The notes under the pieces were generated by a model. That model made no database searches. It was not told the origin of the DNA and saw only the letters and a list, made by a program, of their open reading frames with translations. A program made the translations under genes and the position numbers. From Octopus bimaculoides (taxonomy: Eukaryota): a stretch of DNA of 63,322 nucleotides. Within the stretch, counting starts at the first letter, position 1. Every line of letters starts with the position of its first letter. Location of the stretch: assembly GCF_001194135.2 (NCBI RefSeq), contig NC_068982.1, forward strand, positions 2,322,889 through 2,386,210, read 5' to 3'. This document shows positions 1 through 10,809 of the stretch, piece by piece.

Positions 1-420
1 ATATATATATATATATATACACACATCAACGTATAATTCATTATAGACCAATGATAGCCGATCTTGACAATCAGAATCATAAGGAAATTAGTTATTCAGA
101 AGATTATCTATGAACTGCGCCCGATGGGGATGGGAGTCATGGAAAATTGGCAGCTGCTCTCCGTTACTGGAAATAAATTGTTGCATCATGTTTTGTAGGT
201 TTTGTGAAGAGAGCGAAATTAAGTGACGGAAGGGAATTCATTTAAGGATCCATCCATGTTATTTCCATTACTCTCGCCACCCAATTGAAAAAGTTCTGTG
301 CGTGAATATATGTACTGAGGTGAATATATGTATAGACTCTTTTTGGGAGGGGGATGATAAGATGAGTATAGGGGGCATGTATAGTCGTCGAAAGAAAGCG
401 CCACGAATTACATACAACAT

Positions 421-1640
421 AACTTAGATAGGTTTCGGCCATTATAGGCCGAGGCCATGTCAAACTTAATACCACCACCTTGTGAAGACTTTTAGATCAT
501 GATTCACATCTCTGTCACATATAGGACACCATAGTCCACTCTAGTAAGGAGTTATTATTGTTGGAGTCATACCCGGGTGTAAGAGGTTGGTCTGGGATTT
601 TTTGTAGAAATTTTTCCAGAGAACTTTTGAATTTTATGGGATCTATTTCCGATTTGATGTATTTTGGGATAATATCAAAGAGAGCTGGACTGGTTGAGGT
701 AAAGTAGTTGTGTGGTAATGTTCTTATATGTCTTGAGTTTGATTTTTGTAGTAGGCGGATAGCACGAGGGCCAAATCTTGGGTGGGTTTTAAAATTGATA
801 CCTTATCATTTGTGCCATATTGATGGAATATTTTCCACACACAGCACTCGCAGCAAGAGTAAAGATTGAGTAAAGATTTGAGAGAGTAAAGATTGATTTT
901 TTTTAATCGACCCCAGTAGTCAGTGCCTGTCTTGCATTCTGTCTTTTTTGTTATTGACCTCTGGAGTGCTTCGTGTGGGGAGGCCAGAGTGGCAACAGTA
1001 TTCAAGGTTGGGTCGGGCAAAAGATTAGCGAAGGATTATGGAGAAGACCCGGATAAGATCATGCTTTACTTTAATAGTGCCGACATGTGCATATTCTGCC
1101 TAGTCGAGAAAAGAATTATATGTTGAATATCTCTTCATCTGGACACTTACATAAAAATATATATATATATATATTTATCGCTGATGTCGATTTTGTTAAA
1201 AATCTTAGTTTCTCTCCATGAACAGCCTGGTATCATATGAGCAAAAAGGCTGTAATAAATAGATGAGTGCTGGAGATCGTCACCTCTTGCTTAAGTAGTG
1301 GCACTCATACACCGAGTTTTTGGACCTTATCGATTGAGTGAATTTTTCGGGCAACGGTAACATGAAAGGACATCATGCGCTAAGCAAATTCCCGAATGCA
1401 ATGACACAGATCTTCGTAGATGAGTTCGTTCGATCAATCGTTTGTGGAGATCATCCGTCACTATATGCACGTGTAAGGTCGATTTTTCCTTACTTGAAGC
1501 GGGAAAACCATTATTTGTGCAGTTGTTGCTGTAACAGCGTTTTCTTCCTAAAAGGTACAAATGTCCCGAGCGATTTTGGCAGCTTTGGAACCTTGATGAA
1601 TACCAAAGAAGGTACCGAAAATACTCAGATTTTCTACTTG
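421..1640 (-). mobile_element. Degenerate CR1/L2-like LINE, RT domain to 3' tail
   Basis: Minus-strand translation across frameshifts gives ...RPNLEYCC... (~985), QRSITKK...YWGRLKKINLYSL (~890-950) and KFLQKIPDQPLTPGY..NNSLLEW (~530-615), typical of the CR1/L2 ORF2 C-terminus. The tail has a GGCC-TATAAT-GGCC stem-loop at 432-459. Confidence 0.7.
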
Positions 1641-2776
1641 TCACAACATCGTCCTTTCTCTAGAAAAAATTTAAAAAAGGTAAAAATTTATTCAAATTTC
1701 AAAACCCATAAAGAAAAGTACGCATATTTGTGTGAGTGTGATTCTGCGTGTGTGTGTGTGTGTGTGCGTGTCTGATGAAATCCATAGAAATAGGTCGGAT
1801 GTAGGAGCAGACGTCGTAGCAGCGGGTGATTGCAGCCATTTGTCGGTAAACCTTCTGTGCAACGTTCTAGTTCGGTCTGCATCACTGCGAGTTACTTCCC
1901 CACCCATCCTGACCATTTGGCATGTGGCTGACCAACATAAATCATCATCAGAGAATAGAATGAGAAACATTGGATTCCAACTCAGAAAATCGAGCAAAAT
2001 GGCCAAAGAATCTGAACTGACTCCACCCCCCGATCATACAAATAGCATGAAGCATCCCATTTCTGATAATAATCGTTGGTTTGAAGACGAAATCCGAACA
2101 ATGGTAATCTCTACACCTGTCTAGCTACTTGGTACCGAAGGAGTTCAGCCGGTTCCTTAGGTTGTAAGATAGGGCAGATCAGAGATCCGAAGACCAGAAT
2201 CTTTATCCACATGTTCAGATATCAGCATCGCCAGACACACTTGTCCAGTGAGTTGATAATTGCACCAACATGTCCGTGTCTTCAGACTTCGGACTTGCTG
2301 CTTATCCTGCTGCAGACCACTCTGTCAAGATAAGTGAATCGGTTAACAGCTTCGACATTCCACACACAACACAGATAGGTGAGATGGAGTCTTTTGGGAA
2401 GCCAACAGAGGATTGGATGTTTGCCTCGACCTAAGAATCAATTGGCTGCGGTTCCGCACACATAAAATACAAATTAGACTGAATAGCACAGAACAAAGTT
2501 ATGGAATAATAGAAAAATTAAATAACTAATGTACAAATGGTGACAATAATCAGATATTCAAAATATACGAACAACAACAGAGTAACCTGTTTAGATACGA
2601 GAATATTGGAAGGATATGTGGATTGGTACTCAACACTTTTTTAAGGTGAGCTTAGTTGCTTGCCGATATTTTATTTTGTTTGTCCAAGGAAATCGTTAGT
2701 ACATTGGATTTAACATATTTTACAAGATTAAAATTAATTCTATCGTAATATAAAACTCAATGATTCTTTTTTGTTC

Positions 2777-2778
<2 letters not shown>

Positions 2779-2822
<44 letters not shown>
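2779..2822. repeat. (GT)n microsatellite
   Basis: Direct reading. Confidence 0.95.
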
Positions 2823-2825
<3 letters not shown>

Positions 2826-3270
2826 CATTAATTTTCATTGAGTAAATCCATGGTTTCATATTTTTGCGGCTCTGTCGAGCAAGGGGAAACTATCTCAGTA
2901 AATTCCTCAGTTACAAGTCTAACATCTTCATAACTTATACGCAGATATCGCATCTAAGATTTGACGTAGAGTAAAGGCGCGCCACGGTCGGAGTGTCGTG
3001 ATTTCGAGGTATGACTGTGCGTCGTGTTCTTAATCAACAAACTTTATTTGACATTGTTCTAGTCCACCCAGCTGGCATAAATGCCAGCCATGTCATTTTC
3101 TGTGTGTCGGGGAGCTGAATGTCTAAGCCACTGAGCAACACGCCCTCAAATATGTATCTAATAGCAACAGGACCTCAAATATGTATCTAATAGCAACACG
3201 ACCTCGTATATATGAAAATATCAATGTATATGAATGAGTGTGTGTTTAAACTCAACCATATATGTACATA

Positions 3271-3419
3271 TGTAAGAAGCTTGCTTCCTAACCATATGGA
3301 TCCGGGTTCAGTTCCACTGCGCAACACCTTCGACAAGTGTCTTCTACTATAGCCTCGGACTGACCAAAGGCTTGTAACTGAATTTTGTAGACGGAAACTG
3401 AAAGAAGCCGGTTGTATAA

Positions 3420-3455
<36 letters not shown>

Positions 3456-3645
3456 ATTTGTATATCTGTGTTTGTCTACCCACCATCACTCGGCAACCGA
3501 TACTGGTGTATTTACGTCCCCGTAACTTAGCGGTTCGACAAAAGAGAATGATAGAATAAGTACTGGGGTCGATTTGTTCGACTAAAGGCGGTCCTCCAGC
3601 ATGGCCGCAGTCACATGACTGAAGCAAATAAAAGAATAAGAGAAG
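3271..3645 (+). mobile_element. tRNA-derived SINE, family A, near full length
   Basis: Head GTAAGAAGCTTGCTTCC...GGGTTCAGTTCCACTG (B-box-like), central (AT)(GT)n and tail GGCGGTCCTCCAGCATGGCCGCAGTCACATGACTGAAG. Homologous copies lie at 5405, 7208, 22225, 36886 and 52669 in this window. Confidence 0.9.
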
Positions 3646-4911
3646 AAACGAGTGTATATGNNNNNNNNNNNNNNNNNNNNNNNNNNNNNNNNNNNNNNNN
3701 NNNNNNNNNNNNNNNNNNNNNNNNNNNNNNNNNNNNNNNNNNNNNNNNNNNNNNNNNNNNNNNNNTGTACATTTATATCCCCCCGTGTTATTGAGCTGAT
3801 AAATTGAAATCCAGGATATTTTAATCATTTTATCTTAAGTGTTGTCTTAAGAACACTCTTCACCACCTGTGTTATTCACACACTAGATTTAATCAAGCAG
3901 ACTTTGTATAACACTTTTCAATCTGTTATAATGATCAAAATTTTTTAAAATCTTTATCGTAAAACCCTTTTTAATGTGTTATACCTTCTTGTTTCCCTTG
4001 TAAATGCACAAGGATTTAGTTAAAGCGATGCATTGTAAGGCATATCCTGTTCTTTATAGAAGTACAATTATATTTTTATGTGTACCATTTGCCTATATTA
4101 AAAACTCAATTCAATAAATTTGTTTTAACACTGTTTATGATTTCCTTGACATGTAATTATTTGTAATTCAAACAAGAATCCTCATTAAATATGTGACTTT
4201 TTCTCAAGGCAGCGTATGCAGCAACATGACATGTTTACAAAATAGCCTGTCATAGGAAATTGTCATAGTTTGAATGCATAATTTATAGGGTATCCGCTAA
4301 AATATTAAACTAGAATCTTTTTGTTTTTTGTTTTTGTTAATCTACTCTCTCTAGAATTATTGTGTTTCTCATACATATTATGTATTTTGCCCAGTGTCAC
4401 TGTCTACGTTACCGCATTTCTCCGATTTCCCTCATTTATCAATCGGGTTATGCGTATTCTACGTTGACTTCCTCTGGTCTGTATTTGACACCATTAGTAC
4501 AACTGAATGTTTAAACAAAATGAAATTTTAATTGCGATATTTTAGTTGGTGAAAACACCATACTGTAAACTAATAACATACGTAACATTCATAAAGAAAG
4601 AAGAGATAGGCTTGTGTTAATACATTTAATGCACGTAAATAACGAAAAGCTAACTTATGCGGCGATAAAACATGCAATATTTCCCAATAACTATCATTAA
4701 TTATTATTTCTAGCATGGGGAGGAATCGCTGTTGTGCAAGACTTGAAAAACGATAATGACAAAATGTAGTTTTAACTAATATAATTCTATCTCCTGGTGA
4801 TTTTTAATTTAATTTATATCTTAGTTCGCCTATGAGGAATATTATATATTTGTTTCCTCTTTTCGATAGTGCAGCGTTTCATGGAACAGCTTGAACAGCA
4901 TAGCAGCGGCG

Positions 4912-4925
4912 ACAGCAGCAGCAGC

Positions 4926-4981
<56 letters not shown>

Positions 4982-5033
4982 CAGTAGTAGTAGTAGTAGT
5001 AGTAGTAGTAGCAGCAGCAGCAGCAGCAGCAGC
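4912..5033. repeat. Compound (GCA)n/(GTA)n microsatellite
   Basis: Direct reading; explains the poly-S/T/Y ORFs. Confidence 0.95.
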
Positions 5034-5404
5034 TCTCACGATTGTTTACGCTTAACTCTCTATGAGCTCTCAATGACCAGACATCTGATCTAAAGTATTG
5101 CAGCTATGCGCAGTCTGTCAATTTACGTGAATCTCTCTAACCGATGCACAAATACGTTCCGTTCCTTTACACAATGGCGAGTGAATTTAGGGAGATTTGT
5201 GCGCAATTTTTATCACCTCAACCGACCAATGAAAGGCTCCTCGCTGCAGTGTTAACATAGCTATTAGATTATATATAGATTGGAATTTCAAATATAAACC
5301 ATTTTTGTCTTTACTTATACAGAAATGCGCGTATAATGAATATTTACAGAGAGATTATGTATGAATTATATACATATACAGACAAATAGGTAGATAGACA
5401 GACT

Positions 5405-5770
5405 GTAAGAAGTGTGCTTCCCAACCCCATGGTTTCAGGTTCAATCCCACCTCGTAGTACGTTCGGCAAGTGTTTTCTATTATAGCTCCAGGCTGCCCAA
5501 GCCCTTGTGAGTAGATATGGCTGACGGAAACTGAAAGAAGCCTACCATAAAATATATATGTACCTTTCTACATGGGTGCGTTTTTGCGCATATGTTTGTC
5601 TCCCATCACCGCTAGACAACTCGTAACTTACCAGTTTGTTTACATCGCTGTAAATTAGCGGTTCTGCGAACGCGACTGATAAAATAAGAACCTGATTTCA
5701 AAAATAGTCAGTGCTGGAATCGATACGTCTCGTTAAAAACGTTTCAAGGCAGACTTTCACCATGACTACA
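5405..5770 (+). mobile_element. SINE family A, diverged copy
   Basis: Colinear with 3271-3645 (GTAAGAAGTGTGCTTCCCAACC...GACGGAAACTGAAAGAAGCC...TTAGCGGTTC). Confidence 0.8.
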
Positions 5771-5834
5771 CTGTAATGGGTGATACATGTAAAAGGAAAG
5801 ATATAAGAAATCTACAAGATTTTTTTTTTCAGTT

Positions 5835-5879
<45 letters not shown>

Positions 5880-6604
5880 NNNNNNNNNNNNNNNNNNNNN
5901 NNNNNNNNNNNNNNNNNNNNNNNNNNNNNNNNNNNNNNNNNNNNNNNNNNNNNNNNNNNNNNNNNNNNNNNNNNNNNNNNNNNNNNNNNNNNNNNNNNNN
6001 NNNNNNNNNNNNNNNNNNNNNNNNNNNNNNNNNNNNNNNNNNNNNNNNNNNNNNNNNNNNNNNNNNNNNNNNNNNNNNNNNNNNNNNNNNNNNNNNNNNN
6101 NNNNNNNNNNNNNNNNNNNNNNNNNNNNNNNNNNNNNNNNNNNNNNNNNNNNNNNNNNNNNNNNNNNNNNNNNNNNNNNNNNNNNNNNNNNNNNNNNNNN
6201 NNNNNNNNNNNNNNNNNNNNNNNNNNNNNNNNNNNNNNNNNNNNNNNNNNNNNNNNNNNNNNNNNNNNNNNNNNNNNNNNNNNNNNNNNNNNNNNNNNNN
6301 NNNNNNNNNNNNNNNNNNNNNNNNNNNNNNNNNNNNNNNNNNNNNNNNNNNNNNNNNNNNNNNNNNNNNNNNNNNNNNNNNNNNNNNNNNNNNNNNNNNN
6401 NNNNNNNNNNNNNNNNNNNNNNNNNNNNNNNNNNNNNNNNNNNNNNNNNNNNNNNNNNNNNNNNNNNNNNNNNNNNNNNNNNNNNNNNNNNNNNNNNNNN
6501 NNNNNNNNNNNNNNNNNNNNNNNNNNNNNNNNNNNNNNNNNNNNNNNNNNNNNNNNNNNNNNNNNNNNNNNNNNNNNNNNNNNNNNNNNNNNNNNNNNNN
6601 NNNN

Positions 6605-6639
<35 letters not shown>

Positions 6640-6825
6640 CAATCCAAACATGAACAGGCAAGAAAAAAACAAGAAAAAACAACAACGGGAGGACGTGGAA
6701 TAATTACAGTGTTATTGGACGCTCAGGAAAGGTAAGAGGATTTCACGTTTCGAGTGAAGCTCTTCATCAGAAATATGGAAAAAGTTCAAAGAAGGGCAGA
6801 CAGAGAAAGAAAATCGCCAATATAT
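6640..6825 (-). mobile_element. Penelope-like terminal-repeat fragment carrying a minimal HHR-like motif
   Basis: Abuts an (AT)n tract; contains minus-strand CTGATGA-A-GAG-CTTCA-CTC-GAAAC; similar organisation to 22480-22660. Confidence 0.55.
6740..6774 (-). ncRNA. Minimal hammerhead variant, probably inactive (GUG at the cleavage site)
   Basis: RNA AUUU-CUGAUGA-A-GAG(CUUCA)CUC-GAAAC-GUG-AAAU: 4-bp stem I, 3-bp stem II, loopless ACGU stem III. Confidence 0.5.
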
Positions 6826-6874
6826 ATATGTATATTGTTGCTATTATGTTAAACTGTCGTGTATCCAAATTTGG

Positions 6875-6990
6875 AGCAACATGAAATAAAGTGTCTTGTT
6901 CAAGAACACAACACAGCCTAGTCCAGGAATCGAACTCATTACCTTATGATTGTGAGTCCAACGCTCTAACCACTGAAACATGCGCCTTCA
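6875..6990 (-). mobile_element. tRNA-derived SINE head, family B
   Basis: Reverse complement GGCGCATGTTTCAGTGGTTAGAGCGTTGGACTC...GAGTTCGATTCCTGG has A-box- and B-box-like motifs, followed by TTCTTGAACAAGACACTTTATTTC. Confidence 0.75.
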
Positions 6991-7207
6991 GCAAATGTTA
7001 AATGATGATGATAAGGATGATGATGATGATTCAGGTGTCTTCTGTGTGGTGGGTCAGGTTGATCAGCTTTCAATGGCTTGCACTACTTGCTCTTTTGACG
7101 TCTTTAGTAGGGATCCACTCCATTATTGTCTAATGTTTCTGCAAAAGGTCATGCTTGCTGACCTTTCACCTTTGAGCTAACAATAACCTAAGGAAAAATA
7201 TACAAGC

Positions 7208-7362
7208 AGTGGTTGTGTGGTAAGAAGTGTGTTTCCCAACCACATGGTTCCAGGTTCAGTCCCACTGCCTGGCATCTTGGGCAAGTGTCTTCTACTATAG
7301 CCACAGACTGACCAAAGCTTTGTGAATGGATGTGGCATAAGGAAACTGAAAAAAGCCTGAAC
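7208..7362 (+). mobile_element. SINE family A, 5' half
   Basis: GTGGTTGTGTGGTAAGAAGTGTGTTTCCCAACCACATGGTTCCAGGTTCAGTCCCACTG matches the other copies. Confidence 0.85.
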
Positions 7363-7743
7363 CGGTAAATAATAAGACACTAAAAGAGAATGACTCTCCT
7401 GAGACACAACAATATATATATATATANNNNNNNNNNNNNNNNNNNNNNNNNNNNNNNNNNNNNNNNNNNNNNNNNNNNNNNNNNNNNNNNNNNNNNNNNN
7501 NNNNNNNNNNNNNNNNNNNNNNNNNNNNNNNNNNNNNNNNNNNNNNNNNNNNNNNNNNNNNNNNNNNNNNNNNNNNNNNNNNNNNNNNNNNNNNNNNNNN
7601 NNNNNNNNNNNNNNNNNNNNNNNNNNNNNNNNNNNNNNNNNNNNNNNNNNNTTAATAAATTATAGGGTGGCAAAGAAAATTTTAGAAATTTTATTTACCA
7701 CCAGTGGCCTAGCGAGAGTAAAAACAGTCAATAGACTATGTAT

Positions 7744-8205
7744 TATTCATTAGAAATGCAGAGACGCCTATAATAGGACATCTACTCGCTAGAAATAGCA
7801 GCAAAAATACTACATACCACAAAAGTTAGGGATAATTTCGAAAGGAAATGAAAAATTTTTGTAGGAAATGAAATGAAAAATTTTTGTATTTGCTGCCGAT
7901 TAGGTAAACCGTAAATACGCGGTATATTTTGAAAAATTAGACATAAAAACACGAACCATGCTGCGTACTGATTCGTGCTTCATATGTTGTCTGGTCAATT
8001 CTGCTGACGAAAGTCTGACCTTGTAAGATATAATCTTTATCTTACTAAAATTGACTTGAAACCATGGTACAGAATATAGATTGGTAAAAGTTTTTATTTT
8101 TCATTTCCTTTCGAAATTATCTCTAACTTTTGTGGTATGTAGTATTTTTGCTGCTATTTCTAGCGAGTAGATGTCCTATTATAGGCGTCTCGGCATTTCT
8201 AATGA

Positions 8206-8208
<3 letters not shown>
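7744..8208. repeat. 113-bp inverted repeat (7744-7856 / 8096-8208) enclosing a hammerhead ribozyme
   Basis: Arms are reverse complements with 2 mismatches by eye. Confidence 0.95.
7998..8075 (+). ncRNA. Type I hammerhead ribozyme, canonical core
   Basis: Stem I ATTCTG(7998-8003)/CAGAAT(8070-8075); core CTGACGA(8004-8010); stem II AAGTC(8011-8015)/GACTT(8053-8057); GAAAC(8058-8062); palindromic stem III ACCATGGT; predicted cleavage after GUA at 8069. Confidence 0.85.
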
Positions 8209-8239
<31 letters not shown>

Positions 8240-9085
8240 GCTTCTGCGTATATGTATATATATAGATACACTGACATATAGTTATATACGCATATATGCA
8301 AGCATGACTGAATTCATATATCTGTATTTACATAAGCAGCAATCAATTGCTACGTTTAACACGGAATGCGAAATGCTTTCCGTGATGGAGAAATTATTTC
8401 GGTGCCTGGAATGAAGGTTATTCGCTTCAAAATACAGGGATTTGACGAGACATCGTAATACATACGAAATGTTAAACCAGGCCTAATCAAAGGCAAGTTA
8501 TTATATTGTTCCGGATAAAACTGGGTTTACAGCTCTCAAGTGTACTACGGTGAATTAGATACGGTGATCATTAATCAAGATCATAACATTATCGATGTTT
8601 CCAGAACAGAATAACATGATTAAGAACTTATTATGTCGTCATAATATGGTAAGATAAATGAGCATCGTCACCGAATAAATAATTATTTTCAATATTTCTC
8701 TCAAAACATATTTTTTTATTATTATTTCTCGAAACTGAGGTGCATATGATTAATAGCTACGTTATAAGGTATCAGAGAATCATAGATACACGAACAAACG
8801 CACGCACACGCACACACACACACACACACACCCATACACACATACTCACACACATACACACACGCACACCACACACGCTCACACGCACACACATATGTAC
8901 ACTCACATAGTATATACATATACGTGTGTACATATATGTGTGTAGATATGTACGCACACCTGCGTATACAAATATGTGTATGTGCGCGCGTGTGTNNNNN
9001 NNNNNNNNNNNNNNNNNNNNNNNNNNNNNNNNNNNNNNNNNNNNNNNNNNNNNNNNNNNNNNNNNNNNNNNNNNNNNNNNNNNNN

Positions 9086-9154
<69 letters not shown>

Positions 9155-9160
9155 GAGATA
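9086..9160. repeat. (GATA)n microsatellite
   Basis: Direct reading. Confidence 0.95.
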
Positions 9161-9604
9161 GTATGCTCTTGTGGGGTGTTTATTTTCTCGTTTGCAAATC
9201 GCAGTTTTTTTCCTGGTTGGAATCATTTTCTCTATTTCTTTACTTTACCCCTTGTTCATTACTCATCTCCTCGTGCTTTTTTCTCAATCAGCTTTGCCCC
9301 ACGGAATGCCTCCGTGCTTCCATGAATGGACGGGTACATTCTTGAGCTTATTAACATTTTTTTGTTGTTGTTGTTTGAGGGTTTTTTCAGTCAGTGTTGT
9401 TGGTGAGGATATGACTCTTGTAGGCAGTAACTCTTTTGTTGCTTTTGTTACTGTTGATGGACACTGTTGGCATGGTTTTTGTTGTTGCTTCTGCTGCCGT
9501 TTCCACTGCTGGTTTTAGTCTTACAGTTGCTGTCATTGTTACACTTACATCAACAGGCCACTGCTGCTTCTGCTGCTTATGCTGTTTTGGTGACCGCATC
9601 GGCA

Positions 9605-9965
9605 GAAAGTGTCAGCTGTCCACAGCCAGCAGACTAAGGTGACACTGTTTGCTGGTCTTGCTTCAAAAACCCTGCGAAGAATTCTTGCAGTTCCTAGCAA
9701 ATGCTGATTTTTGTAGGTGTTCTACCATCACACTTGCACCACTCTTTTTCAGCCATGTTGGTAGTTGAGTGCTGATACTTCCAACTGCACCAATTACTGG
9801 TATCACGTCTACTCTCTTCATTGACCACAACCTTTGTATTTCACACTTCAAATCGTCGTAGTTGTTTATTTTTTATTTTTTCTCATTGTTCCTGTTGTCA
9901 CCGGAGCATGTTATGTCGATTATCATACATGTTCTTTCTTTTTTATTCACCACATCAATGTCCTT
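9605..9965 (-). mobile_element. 3' fragment of an RLE-type (R4/Dong/NeSL-like) non-LTR retrotransposon
   Basis: Minus strand reads IDVVNKKERTCMIIDITCSGDNRNNEKK*KINNYDDLKCEIQRLWSMKRVDVIPVIGAVGS...HLQKSA, then (frameshift) LGTARILRRV: the restriction-like endonuclease C-terminus plus 3' UTR. Confidence 0.85.
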
Positions 9966-10145
9966 TTGAGCGGGATGGGTTTACTCGACCTGAAGAAAAT
10001 TCTAACTGGACCCCGCTTGCAAGGTCATGCGCTGTTTATCTTGATATGAGATCATCCAGTCGCGCACATATGGTCGTGATACATGTGTCTGGTGTTCCCT
10101 TATCAGACGAGTAGTCATGATGGCATACTAGGCTTAATATATTTT

Positions 10146-10149
10146 AATG

Positions 10150-10225
<76 letters not shown>

Positions 10226-10277
10226 CAACAACCACAACAATATTATTATTATTATTATTATAATAATAATAATAATA
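10146..10277. repeat. (AAT)n/(ATT)n microsatellite
   Basis: Direct reading; lies between two RLE LINE fragments. Confidence 0.95.
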
Positions 10278-10284
10278 AAGGTAA

Positions 10285-10795
10285 ACAAGAGTCTCCTTGG
10301 AGATTATCTGTTTTGATTGTCAGCTCGATTGTTACAGAAAAGACATGTTTTCCAGCAGGCCATGCTGTTCTTAATCAGTGCACACACGTTCTCAGGTATT
10401 GCACACAAGTCGAGTGTTTCTTAAATCCACGAATGCAACAACATGTCGCAATCCTTTTAAAGTCTATCCAGGCCACGCACAAATTCTTTTGGTACCATTT
10501 TTCAGTTCTTCATTATGACCTTGTTTATTACAAGGTGATCCTAGGCGCCCTTTTTTGGTACCCCTTTTGTTCTACTGGGTAGATAGTTTTCTGCAAGAAA
10601 TGTATATATTTTCCATGTGAGGATGCCTGTTAATATTTCCATTAGATGTTAAGACAAGTAATGGGTTGTCTCATTGCTATTTGATCGATATTACATCAAC
10701 AACGTTGTCTTTTCCTCTACAATCATTGTTAATTGTTATAGCCTTGATCCCACATTCTGTAGTAAACGCGCACAATGAGCTGAGTTTGAATGGGC
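10285..10795 (-). mobile_element. RT-domain fragment of an RLE-type LINE, inverted relative to the adjacent 3' segment
   Basis: Minus strand across frameshifts reads RQPITCLNI*WK, TGILTWKIYTFLAEN, DHLVINKVIMKN, HSWI*ETLDLCAIPENVCALIKNSMACWKT and IISQGDS, i.e. RT domains ~1-4. Confidence 0.75.
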
Positions 10796-10809
10796 CTCGT
10801 CTCAACCAC

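Noticed and set aside
1772-1800. CTGATGA followed by an ATCC/GGAT stem
   Set aside because: No GAAA after the stem, so not a hammerhead.
2870-2900. CTGTCGA-GC..GGGAAAC-TATC
   Set aside because: Stem II does not pair and there is no valid stem III/NUH; likely chance.
3766-4800. Possible decayed DNA-transposon ORF
   Set aside because: No frame gave a recognisable motif.
5085-5270. Short inverted words suggesting a MITE
   Set aside because: Complementary pieces are in permuted order and no TIR/TSD could be defined.
5744-6735. Long ORFs spanning N runs (also 7380-7673, 50264-50752, 59399-60518 and smaller ones)
   Set aside because: Artefacts of assembly gaps translated as X; the gaps are flanked by microsatellites.
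6875-6990. tRNA gene (also other A/B-box hits)
   Set aside because: No full cloverleaf; these are SINE heads.
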